A DNA stretch of 64,000 nt from a virus, in IMG/VR virus record IMGVR_UViG_3300045974_000283, positions 64,001 through 128,000 of that record; one strand, written 5' to 3'. The notes beneath the pieces are model-generated. The model made no database searches and had not been told where the DNA came from. It saw only the letters and a list, made by a program, of their open reading frames with translations. Of this stretch, positions 27,720 through 35,907 are shown in pieces; position 1 is the first letter of the stretch; every line of letters starts with the position of its first letter. The translations under genes and the position numbers were made by a program.

Positions 27720-27965
27720 AGCGTGTTTGCGCAATTAACAAGTCGCGCTGGACAAACACGGTTGAATACCCAAAAGAAGTGTTTGCAGTGGGCATCGCTT
27801 ATTAAAAGTTCAAAACGTGTTTGGCCACCTTCCCCTATATAATATGTTTCTTATAGGGATTACTGGCCAAACACGTTTTCAACGTAGGGGCCGTTATAAC
27901 ACCCATTTGGAAGTATCCCTATACGGGGATTGTTTATAACACCTTTTCAAAATCAATCAAAATTC
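27720..27965. promoter_or_regulatory. Candidate replication origin: AT-rich tract, 16-bp inverted repeat, CAAACAC iterons
   Basis: Perfect IR aaaacgtgtttggcca 27812-27827 / 27864-27879 with inner ccctata/tataggg. CAAACAC/GTGTTTG at 27723, 27753, 27779, 27817, 27868. ttataacacc x2. Located at the strand switch. Confidence 0.55.
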
Positions 27966-28422
27966 TAACGACTGAGTCCCGTCAGGGCTCAGGCGCAATC
28001 ACCTGAGCGTAAGCGAAGGTGATGACGGAACGAATTCCGTATCCACACTCCAGTTGGGATGTGGGATCCTGGAAACCTGAGTATCGTTCATTTCGGCCTG
28101 CGGCCTCATTCACGCGCCTTCGGCCCTTCGGGACCTCAGTTGGAATTAGAAATTCTTTGGAAAGGATAAACCCTTCCCTAAGACAGAAACGATAGATTCC
28201 GCGATGCCAGCGATGTCCGCTGCAAACACTCCTGGATTCCAGGAAAAGATGCCCATTTTTCACCTGTATGGGCAAACCCTGCTAGACGCGGAAAACCCTT
28301 CGTTTTAGACCGTCCAGGAACGAATAGGACGTCTAGTTTGGTCTAACCCGCTGGCCGGAGGCCGAACCTAAACTAAGCCACCGGGCAAATCTGCCAAAAC
28401 CCCAGAAATATAGACAAAACCC

Positions 28423-28451
28423 TTGCGCTGATACTGTTTTGAGCGTATAAT
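28423..28451 (+). promoter_or_regulatory. Sigma70-type early promoter
   Basis: TTGCGC-17 bp-TATAAT with an A-rich upstream element, at the head of the plus-strand arm. Confidence 0.8.
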
Positions 28452-28514
28452 GAGCTCAGGGGGTCGTTTTGTCACGCACCACCCGTAAACTGCCCATTTT
28501 TGGAGCTTTGCACC

Positions 28515-28619
28515 ATGAAACCACGCACTCGCACCCGCTTGCTCGCGATTCTCGGCAACATCGCCGTTCTTGCGATCTTCGCCTTCATCGGCGTTCTCAT
28601 GGGTCTGGGGTTCCACTGA
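28515..28619 (+). CDS. Small single-pass membrane protein, 34 aa (not in the ORF track)
   Basis: MKPRTRTRLLAILGNIAVLAIFAFIGVLMGLGFH. GGAG RBS. TGATG coupling to the next gene. Confidence 0.65.
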   Translation: MKPRTRTRLLAILGNIAVLAIFAFIGVLMGLGFH

Positions 28620-28864
28620 TGAACGCCCCGACCGCCAAAACCGCGTTCCAGTCCACGTCGCCCTGCGGGGTCACCTGGACCAATCAGCGGGTCGCACTCC
28701 AGAAAGACATGGTCTTCGGCGTGTGCGTCCTGTCTGAAGAGGGTTGGAAGCCCCTCGCTTGGCTCAGCCGCGAAGACCTCGAAATGGTCCGCCGCCTGTG
28801 CGACCGTCACGCCGGGAACCCGTTCGCTGCTGATCTCGACCACGCGATCAAGGTGGCAACGTGA
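28619..28864 (+). CDS. Early hypothetical protein, 81 aa
   Basis: Start at MNAPTAK by TGATG overlap. GTGA overlap with the next gene. Confidence 0.65.
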   Translation: MNAPTAKTAFQSTSPCGVTWTNQRVALQKDMVFGVCVLSEEGWKPLAWLSREDLEMVRRLCDRHAGNPFAADLDHAIKVAT

Positions 28865-29067
28865 GCAAGCGGTTCAAGATGACCGCCGCCGAGCGCAAGG
28901 TTTGGAAGGCAGAGAACCCTCGCTATCAACGGCCTCCCGATCAGGTCTGCGCTCACTGCGGCGCTCGGGTTCCCGGCTCTGACCTTGGACTGCTCTCGCA
29001 AGCGATTCAAGGTCACAAGCCTGTCTGTTCATACGAGTGCAACAAGGCACTCGGTCAAGTCGAGTAA
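28861..29067 (+). CDS. Small Zn-binding early protein
   Basis: CAHC...H..VCSYEC, 68 aa. Confidence 0.65.
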   Translation: MSKRFKMTAAERKVWKAENPRYQRPPDQVCAHCGARVPGSDLGLLSQAIQGHKPVCSYECNKALGQVE

Positions 29068-29093
29068 TTCCGTCACGTCCCGAAAGGTTCACC

Positions 29094-29783
29094 ATGTCTA
29101 AAGATCACATCCGCGATCACACCATGTCCTCCCCCAAGTTCGACAAGAGCTTGCCCACGCCCAAGCACTGGATGACCGTCCCGTTTCCGTACGAGCACAC
29201 CTTGATCAGCTCGATCGAGGAAAAACGGCAGCGGCAAATCCTCGGGAACGGCAACGTCGGCAACCTGACCGACATCCTGTGGACCTTCCCTTTCGGAGAG
29301 CACCCCACCTGGACGGCGAACGCGACCGATGACCCGGTCGCTCTGATAATCCACTTCCCGGATCCGCTGAAGCGCTTCTCGCATTCGCTCGCCGATCTGC
29401 CGCTCCAGCGCGCTCGTCTTTGGGTTCGTGCGTTTCTGCGCTGGGAAACCGACCCGGCTCGCAAGACGCAGCTTCTCGAACTGAGCGAGAAGGTCCTTGA
29501 CCGGCGCTCGGCCGAGTACAAAGCGCACCGCGACTCCAATCGCGCTCTGCCCTTCGGCGGTGTTCTGTACTGCAAGGATTCCGCCACCGGCGAGTCCGAC
29601 CTCTGCGTCCAGTCCGAAGAATTCCCGACGCTCACCCCGTTCGAGAGTTTGAACCTGTCGCAGATGGACGACCACATCCGCCATGTGCAGCGCATCGCGT
29701 CGCTCATGATTACCAAGCGCCGTCTCGCTTGCGCACAGTTCGCGCAGAAGTGCGCCGACGGCTCCCTGTTCAAGTCGGTCTGA
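29094..29783 (+). CDS. Early hypothetical protein, about 229 aa
   Basis: Start moved to MSKDHIR with AAGG RBS. Typical codon usage. Confidence 0.7.
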   Translation: MSKDHIRDHTMSSPKFDKSLPTPKHWMTVPFPYEHTLISSIEEKRQRQILGNGNVGNLTDILWTFPFGEHPTWTANATDDPVALIIHFPDPLKRFSHSLADLPLQRARLWVRAFLRWETDPARKTQLLELSEKVLDRRSAEYKAHRDSNRALPFGGVLYCKDSATGESDLCVQSEEFPTLTPFESLNLSQMDDHIRHVQRIASLMITKRRLACAQFAQKCADGSLFKSV

Positions 29784-29789
29784 TCCACC

Positions 29790-29826
29790 GCCGCCCAAAA
29801 CCGTAAATCTGGGGCGGCTCTTTGTT
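29790..29826 (+). terminator. Probable terminator hairpin
   Basis: gccgccc / gggcggc stem followed by tctttgtt. Confidence 0.5.
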
Positions 29827-29855
29827 CCATCGTCACCATCCTTAGGAGAACCATC

Positions 29856-30143
29856 ATGGGCTCACGCATTTCCATCCCTCTCGTCAACCTGCTCGGCAAC
29901 CCGGAAGTTCGCGTCGAGCTTCGCACTCTTGCCGATCAGGACGCTCCTACCAATCTCGTCCACGAAGCCGTCATCCACTGGCCGAACAATCACCTGGAGT
30001 GGGTCATGAACTACTCGATCCACGAAGGCAAGATCGAGTTGGAAAGCGACTGCAACCTGATGCGCTACACCGAGGAAGAGCGCTTGGACTTCCTCGGTCC
30101 GCTGTTCCAGAACAGCGTCTCCTTCAACGTCATCGTCGGCTAA
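29856..30143 (+). CDS. Early hypothetical protein, 95 aa
   Basis: AGGAG RBS, typical codon usage. Confidence 0.75.
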   Translation: MGSRISIPLVNLLGNPEVRVELRTLADQDAPTNLVHEAVIHWPNNHLEWVMNYSIHEGKIELESDCNLMRYTEEERLDFLGPLFQNSVSFNVIVG

Positions 30144-30155
30144 GGAGCCCAAACC

Positions 30156-30587
30156 ATGGAAAGCCTTTTCGCCGATCCTCGCATCACTACCGCTGCCAGT
30201 CAGATCGCGTCTATGGTTCTTGGCGGTCCTTGGCCTGTCTACTTCAAGGTTTCGGGCCTGATGGAAAGGGTCATTCAGAAGCCCAAGCCCGTTGCGCCCA
30301 CTGAAGCCGAAATGGAGTTGATGGACCAAGACCCCGACGCCCTCGCCCCGCATGTCGTTTGCGAACGCGATCGTCTCATAAAGACCTTCGCTCGCAACAC
30401 GCGCGACTATCGCCACCTGAAGGAACACTTCATCGCGGCACTGACCGAGGCCCTGCAAGCGAAGTCCGTTCGTGAACTGTGCCCTTGCATCATCTCGCAG
30501 GTCGGCGCTATCCGCGAAGCCCACGACGAGGCCTACGTCGTGCTCCGCGAGCCCGAACAAAGCGAGTGCTACGTTCTGGCCCTGTAA
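30156..30587 (+). CDS. Early hypothetical protein, 143 aa
   Basis: AAGGAG RBS. Confidence 0.75.
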   Translation: MESLFADPRITTAASQIASMVLGGPWPVYFKVSGLMERVIQKPKPVAPTEAEMELMDQDPDALAPHVVCERDRLIKTFARNTRDYRHLKEHFIAALTEALQAKSVRELCPCIISQVGAIREAHDEAYVVLREPEQSECYVLAL

Positions 30588-30599
30588 ATTTCCCCCACG

Positions 30600-30617
30600 G
30601 CCCTTCGGGGCTTTCTT
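30600..30617 (+). terminator. UUCG-loop hairpin with U-rich tail
   Basis: gccc-ttcg-gggc-tttctt in the intergenic gap. Confidence 0.5.
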
Positions 30618-30638
30618 CATCATCACAGAAAGACCATC

Positions 30639-32075
30639 ATGTCCACATCCAAGCCCATGTCGCGTTTCATCCCCAAAGCCCGAGCTGAGGAGGATGCCGT
30701 TGCCAAGGTCTCCGCCAAAATGGAGCGCGAGCGCGTCCGCGCCGAGACCGCTCGCAAACACGCCTACGAATGGGAACTCGCCCGCTTGAAGGCCGATGAA
30801 TCCGTGATTCACTTGATCGAAGCTGTCAACACTCAGGCCAAGCGTTACGTGACGCTTTCCAAAGACAAGCGCGGGCTCCAGGCTTCCGTCCGTAAGACGG
30901 CCTTCATCACGGACATCGTCTTCTGGTGGCCGACTACTGCCCAAAATCGCAAGTCGCATCTGCTGAGCGACTTCACGATCACGCAGGGTCGCCGCATTCT
31001 GGCCGCGTTGACCCACTTCAACGGTGGACGCAAGCAACTCCTCAAGGAAGCTGCCGAGGCGGTCTTCGCTGTCAAGAAAGCCGAACTCGCTAAGAAGCGC
31101 GAGATCGCCGACTCGACTCAGGCTACTGAGCCCGCGAAGCGCAAGTCCGTCAAGATCATCCGTGGCACCCCGAAGGCTCCGGTCATTTCGCATCCGGACG
31201 AGGACGACAACCGCGACGGCGGTGGGATGCCTGCTGCCAAGCCTGCCCCGTTCGTGAACGCCTACGAAGAATCCAAGGCGTTCGTGAAGGAAGCTCTGAA
31301 AGTCATCAGTACTCCGCTTCCCGCAGATAGCCTGCCTCCGGCAGAGGGCAAAACCAAGGATGCCCCACCCAAGAAGTGGAGACACGGCTCTAAAGCTTCC
31401 AAGGAGTTCGTCGACATGGCCGACGCGGCCTTTGCTCGGCTCCGTGACGTGATCCGACCTGAAGACCGAGCGGACACCGACGTGATCGATGACAGCCACG
31501 ATCAGCAGGACGACGATCCGTCTGTTCCGCGCGACCCCTACGCGGAGGCGTTGTATCTCGCGACCCTCGCGAAGCGGCAAGGCAAAGCCCGCGAAACCAA
31601 GTTTGATACCTCGTTGATCCTGTCTCCATCGGAGTTCAGCGACATGGTCGACGAGATCTTCGCTCGGCTCAAGAACCACCGTCGTGATCATCCGGCCTAC
31701 CGATTCGTCACCTTCTTCTACGCCGCCTCGGGTCTCAAGTACGAGCGTTCGTGTGAAGTCGGGCTGCAAGCGCTCCCGCTGGAAGTTGTCGAAGTGACCA
31801 AACGGTACGTCGCGCTCTCGCACCCAGACCTCGACGTTGCGGTTCTGTACGAACGGGCGACCCGCGTCGTTCACATCAGCATCTCTGGAACCATGATGCG
31901 CGTCGAGGCGGGCGACCCGACCTGGAAAACCTTCGCTTCCTGGGAAGGCCCCAATCCGCGCAACGAATGGGTCCTGCTGCTGATCGACGACGGCACAGGA
32001 AAACGCACTTCCGAGCGCACCGTTCCGTGGATCTACACGCAACTCAAGAAGTCCGTTAGCTTCCAACTCTCCTGA
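30639..32075 (+). CDS. Hypothetical protein, 478 aa, with charged low-complexity linkers
   Basis: Long ORF with host-like codon bias. No recognisable motif. Confidence 0.8.
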   Translation: MSTSKPMSRFIPKARAEEDAVAKVSAKMERERVRAETARKHAYEWELARLKADESVIHLIEAVNTQAKRYVTLSKDKRGLQASVRKTAFITDIVFWWPTTAQNRKSHLLSDFTITQGRRILAALTHFNGGRKQLLKEAAEAVFAVKKAELAKKREIADSTQATEPAKRKSVKIIRGTPKAPVISHPDEDDNRDGGGMPAAKPAPFVNAYEESKAFVKEALKVISTPLPADSLPPAEGKTKDAPPKKWRHGSKASKEFVDMADAAFARLRDVIRPEDRADTDVIDDSHDQQDDDPSVPRDPYAEALYLATLAKRQGKARETKFDTSLILSPSEFSDMVDEIFARLKNHRRDHPAYRFVTFFYAASGLKYERSCEVGLQALPLEVVEVTKRYVALSHPDLDVAVLYERATRVVHISISGTMMRVEAGDPTWKTFASWEGPNPRNEWVLLLIDDGTGKRTSERTVPWIYTQLKKSVSFQLS

Positions 32076-32130
32076 CCCACCGGGGCTTCGGCCCCTTCCT
32101 CCACCATCACCTCACCACAGAAAGCGCATC

Positions 32131-32760
32131 ATGCCCAAAGCCACAAAACTCTCCGTCAAGCAGGCCCGCGACCAGGTTGAGTTCGACAAGGAACGCCACC
32201 TTCTGAACTCGTGGAGCTACCTCGACATGCGGTCGTTCGTCACGAATCGCTTGCAGGAGCTCTCGCGCTGCAAGATTGCCAAAGACCGGAAGCGCCTCGC
32301 TTGGGGGATGACGTTCACCAACAACGCCCCCGACATCGAGATTCACTTTCCGTCCAACGATGGCAACCACCAGTTCCATCTGCTGAGCGACTACAGCGTG
32401 ACGCGTGGCCGCATCATCCTGAAGGTTCTCGCCTCTTACGAAACGAGCCCGGCTCTCATCGAGCGCTTGCAATCGACGGCCAACGTCATCTTCGAATCCA
32501 AGCGCGCTGCTCGCAGTAAGAAGGTTCTGGTCACCGAGGCCACTTCTCCGCCTGTCGCTCCGCCTGCTTCGGCAGTCCAGGCGACCGAGACCACGACGCC
32601 GGACATGATCTCGATGGTTCTGAAGGTCAAAGCGAAAGCGGACCCGGCCTTCCCCAAGGACGCGACTGACCACGAGCAGGACCTGTTCGTCTCCGGCTAC
32701 ATCGCGGCTCTTCGTTCTGTCCTCTGCTTCATCCGGTTCGCCAGTAAGGGGGCAGCATGA
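32131..32760 (+). CDS. Hypothetical protein, 209 aa
   Basis: ORF follows a UUCG hairpin. ATGA overlap with the next gene. Confidence 0.75.
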   Translation: MPKATKLSVKQARDQVEFDKERHLLNSWSYLDMRSFVTNRLQELSRCKIAKDRKRLAWGMTFTNNAPDIEIHFPSNDGNHQFHLLSDYSVTRGRIILKVLASYETSPALIERLQSTANVIFESKRAARSKKVLVTEATSPPVAPPASAVQATETTTPDMISMVLKVKAKADPAFPKDATDHEQDLFVSGYIAALRSVLCFIRFASKGAA

Positions 32761-33248
32761 AAGCCTTCGACACTCTGAAAGACAACTGGCGGTTCTTGGC
32801 GGTCAACCTGACACCGACGGTGACCCTGATTCTGGCGACGCTCTGCACTCATGTTCTCTTCCAGGTTGAGTCGCCCGTTCTGGCTTTTAGCCTTCAGGCT
32901 TGGGTCTCGGTCCAGTGGCTACTTCACGGTCTGTCCATGAACAAGGTTCTGTTCTTCATGGATACCCGGCGAGCGCGTCGAAAAGAGACCCTCGAACGCG
33001 AGGTAGATTTCGCCGACATCGTCGAAGGGTTGAACGCGGCGCAAACAGAAATCGCGGTTCTGCTGGACGATCTTCTGCGCCTCACCACAGAGACGGGTGC
33101 TCTGCCCTCGGTTCAGGTCGCTATCGTGAACCGAGATGCCACCAAGCTGATCACAGCCTATCAACGCAAGATCATCGACCTGATCAACTTTGTCAACAAG
33201 AATCCCGACCCCAAGGTCTTCTATCGCTCCAAAGGCAAAGGAAACTGA
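32757..33248 (+). CDS. Membrane protein (two N-terminal hydrophobic helices plus coiled coil)
   Basis: FLAVNLTPTVTLILATLCTHVLF and LAFSLQAWVSVQWLLHGL hydrophobic segments. Confidence 0.7.
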   Translation: MKAFDTLKDNWRFLAVNLTPTVTLILATLCTHVLFQVESPVLAFSLQAWVSVQWLLHGLSMNKVLFFMDTRRARRKETLEREVDFADIVEGLNAAQTEIAVLLDDLLRLTTETGALPSVQVAIVNRDATKLITAYQRKIIDLINFVNKNPDPKVFYRSKGKGN

Positions 33249-33249
33249 A

Positions 33250-33510
33250 ATGCTTGATTGCATCCCCAAGTTCGAGAACACCGAACAGCAAGCCGAATTC
33301 GTGCAGGCCCTCAAGGCTTATCCAATTCCCACCACTGAAGAGTTGAAATCTGCGATGTCGTGGTTGAACACCCTGAGCAAACCCGACCGCTTTGAATTCA
33401 TCGAGTTCTACCGGGGTTTGTATCCAAATCACCACGGCACGGACGCCATCGGCGTTTCCCGCTTTTGGCGTCTGCGGGTTCGCCCCCTGCTCCCACAAAC
33501 CCCAGCCTGA
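33250..33510 (+). CDS. Hypothetical protein, 86 aa
   Basis: Start at MLDCIPK, AAGGA RBS. Confidence 0.6.
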   Translation: MLDCIPKFENTEQQAEFVQALKAYPIPTTEELKSAMSWLNTLSKPDRFEFIEFYRGLYPNHHGTDAIGVSRFWRLRVRPLLPQTPA

Positions 33511-33518
33511 AAATAAAC

Positions 33519-33548
33519 TGGCAAATACCCTGAATTCTGTGGTAAAAT
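33519..33548 (+). promoter_or_regulatory. Sigma70-type (extended -10) promoter
   Basis: TGGCAA-18 bp-TAAAAT with TG at the extended -10 position. Downstream sequence resembles the 28423 and 41964 promoters. Confidence 0.55.
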
Positions 33549-33657
33549 AACTACATGGGCAGGGTATTCTTTCCAACCCATATTTATGGCCCCGCCGCCC
33601 GGTTAATAACCCGGCAATTTCAGCAACCCGTTTTCATCCACCACCCCGGAGTTTTCC

Positions 33658-34362
33658 ATGGCATCCATCAAGCCCGTTCCCGCCAAAACCGCCAAGCCTG
33701 CTGCGAAAGTCGCAGCCAAGACGGCTGTGCCAGCTCCCGCTGTGAAGCGCGGATTCCCCGGTCGCAAGACTGCCGATGGCGAAGCGGTTCCCAAGAAGCC
33801 GCTGACCAAGGCCGAAGCCAAGGAGAAGGCCGAAGCGGCCGCTGCTCGCGTCGCTCTCGTCACGCATCAGGCACCGGACGGCTTCAAGTCCTGCACGTTC
33901 GATCTCAAGTTCCGCACCCTGCACGACGGCACCATTGACCCGCAAGTCAAGTGCGAGGCCATCTCGGGCAAGTGGGACAACCCCGAAGCGCGTCGCGTCG
34001 ACATGTCGTTGTACGACACCCAGACCATCATCGGCATTGTGTCACGTCTGTCGGCGATCATGTATTCGACGAACGCCACGCGCCGCCTCCCCGCTGACGC
34101 TGCATTCTCGATCATCGGTCGTTCGGGTGCGAACGGCGAAGGCAACCTCGTCTTCTCATTCCGTCAGGTCGCTCGCGGCAAGGCCACCAAAACGGGCATC
34201 ACGTGGGTTCCCTACACCGACAAGGCTGATCCGCTCTATCGAAAGTTCCGCCGTGCAACGCGATTGCTTCGCGGCGCGTTCGTGGACGCCAAGCCGATGC
34301 CTTCCATCACGGAAATGAAAGCGATGGCGAAAGCCAAGCTCGGCAAGGACGAATCGCTGTAA
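33658..34362 (+). CDS. Hypothetical protein with Ala/Lys/Pro-rich N-terminal arm, 234 aa
   Basis: GGAG RBS. KPAAKVAAK arm followed by a globular domain. Confidence 0.8.
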   Translation: MASIKPVPAKTAKPAAKVAAKTAVPAPAVKRGFPGRKTADGEAVPKKPLTKAEAKEKAEAAAARVALVTHQAPDGFKSCTFDLKFRTLHDGTIDPQVKCEAISGKWDNPEARRVDMSLYDTQTIIGIVSRLSAIMYSTNATRRLPADAAFSIIGRSGANGEGNLVFSFRQVARGKATKTGITWVPYTDKADPLYRKFRRATRLLRGAFVDAKPMPSITEMKAMAKAKLGKDESL

Positions 34363-34472
34363 AACGAATTGAAGGTGCGGTTAATAACCGTGTCACAATC
34401 GCAGCGTCAGCATAAGGGTCAACGCTGTGCATCCCATCCAAATCCCTTGCATCAACTACCTCGAGGTTTTCC

Positions 34473-35234
34473 ATGTTCAAACTCACCATTGTGGCCCTCT
34501 CGGCCCTGCGCGTCATCGCCGCTGCTCCCCAGCGTCTGCCCGGCAAAGGCAATGACCTCCGCGACGTCGGCGGTCAGCTCATTTCGGTCGACGACATCGT
34601 CGGCGTGGACAGCGACGGCAACACGCTCGTCGGTGGCGTCGCTTCGCTCAGCTACCTGTGCGAAAGCGTTTCCAAGATCGAAGGCGTCTACCAAGTCGAA
34701 CTCGCCGACGGCGGCAAGGCCAGCTTCAAGGAAGTCCCCGGCGTGAAGATCAGCGTCGAGACGGTCGAAGAGGCTGAGGAAGAAGTCGAGCCCGAGCCAG
34801 AACCCGCTCCGGTGCGCGGCAAGAAGCGCAAGCCTGCGCCGGAACCCGAGCCGGAAGAAGACCCGGACTTCGAGGACGACCTCGAAGAAGAACCCGCTCC
34901 GGTGCGCGGCAAGAAGCGCAAGCCTGCTCCCGAGCCGGAACCCGAGCTCGACGATGACCTCGAAGCCGATCCGGAAGACGACGACGGTGAAGGCAACGAT
35001 GACCTCGACGCCGAGGAAGACCTCGAAGAGGAAGAGCCCGCTCCGGTGCGCGGCAAGAAGCCCAAGGCCAAGACGGCTGTCTTTGACGAGGAACTGGACG
35101 ACGGCGAAGGCGACGATGACCTCGAAGAGGAACCCGCTCCTGTCCGTCGCGGTGCCAAGCCTGCTCCGGCTCCGGTTCGCGCTGCCAAGCCCGCTGCGAA
35201 GCCCGCTGGCAAAGCATCCCGCTTCGACTTCTGA
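34473..35234 (+). CDS. Protein with about 90-aa globular N-terminus and repeated acidic/basic disordered tail
   Basis: EE(E)PAPVRGKK(R)KP repeats alternating with D/E runs. Confidence 0.8.
   Translation: MFKLTIVALSALRVIAAAPQRLPGKGNDLRDVGGQLISVDDIVGVDSDGNTLVGGVASLSYLCESVSKIEGVYQVELADGGKASFKEVPGVKISVETVEEAEEEVEPEPEPAPVRGKKRKPAPEPEPEEDPDFEDDLEEEPAPVRGKKRKPAPEPEPELDDDLEADPEDDDGEGNDDLDAEEDLEEEEPAPVRGKKPKAKTAVFDEELDDGEGDDDLEEEPAPVRRGAKPAPAPVRAAKPAAKPAGKASRFDF
34800..34927 (+). repeat. 38-bp perfect direct repeat (intragenic), 90-bp period, with two degenerate downstream copies
   Basis: gaacccgctccggtgcgcggcaagaagcgcaagcctgc at 34800-34837 and 34890-34927. Variants near 35034 and 35129. Confidence 0.9.
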
Positions 35235-35303
35235 TCGGCATCACGGCGGCTAGTGAGGGCTTCGGCCCTCGCTCAACATCACCCATCCTTTGGAAGTTTT
35301 CTC

Positions 35304-35828
35304 ATGACCCCAAGTACCCAATCCGGCGATGCCGGTTCCAGCACCATCCTGCAGGCGGCGTCCGCCACGCTCGCCGCCTCGCTCGATGAAGTCCAATCCG
35401 ATCTCGAAGCCGACTCCGACGAGACTGACGAAGACGGCTCAGGCGAGCACACCACCGAGACCGTCAGTCTGACCTTCCCAACGGCGGTCACGCCTCCGAT
35501 GTCGTTCCTGGAAACGGGCGAACTTCACGAGCCGTGGTCCATCGCTTTCTACAGCCCGACGTGCTTGATCTGCACGGGCGTCAACCCGCTCGGCACCAAA
35601 CCCGTGGAACGCATGAAGTGCCGCCCCGAGAAGAACAAGCTCTGCCCGTCCGGTCAGGTCATGTTCGAGTTCACGGGCGCACGGCGGCTGGCTCTCAGCC
35701 GTCTGCAGAATGCCAAGGAAAGCAAGGACGCCATCGCCGTCATGGCGGAAGTCCAAGCCATCATGGGCAACGAGCGGCTCACCGAGGCCGACCGCAACTC
35801 CATCCTTTCCACCTGCGGGATCATCTGA
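35304..35828 (+). CDS. Hypothetical Cys4 metal-binding protein, about 174 aa
   Basis: CLIC...C......C motif after an acidic N-terminus. Start moved to MTPSTQ. Confidence 0.65.
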   Translation: MTPSTQSGDAGSSTILQAASATLAASLDEVQSDLEADSDETDEDGSGEHTTETVSLTFPTAVTPPMSFLETGELHEPWSIAFYSPTCLICTGVNPLGTKPVERMKCRPEKNKLCPSGQVMFEFTGARRLALSRLQNAKESKDAIAVMAEVQAIMGNERLTEADRNSILSTCGII

Positions 35829-35907
35829 TCCAGTGAACCTTCTGCCCGAGGCACCCGTTATGAGCGGGGCTCGGGCAATTTCATTTCCGCATCAACCAGG
35901 AACTATT

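Noticed and set aside
27982-28275. 97-aa ORF in the central intergenic region
   Set aside because: Atypical codons, no RBS, and it overlaps a hairpin array. More likely non-coding.
29862-32066. 734-aa minus-strand ORF, and similar long antisense ORFs (37164..38759, 21565..22761, 20051..21373, 50122..51573, 54753..56216)
   Set aside because: They mirror well-formed genes on the opposite strand. Long antisense ORFs are expected from strong GC3 bias, and their translations lack motifs and RBS.
34800-35160. Regularly spaced direct repeats resembling a CRISPR array
   Set aside because: The repeats are in-frame coding duplications within one ORF, the spacers are similar to each other, and no cas genes are present.
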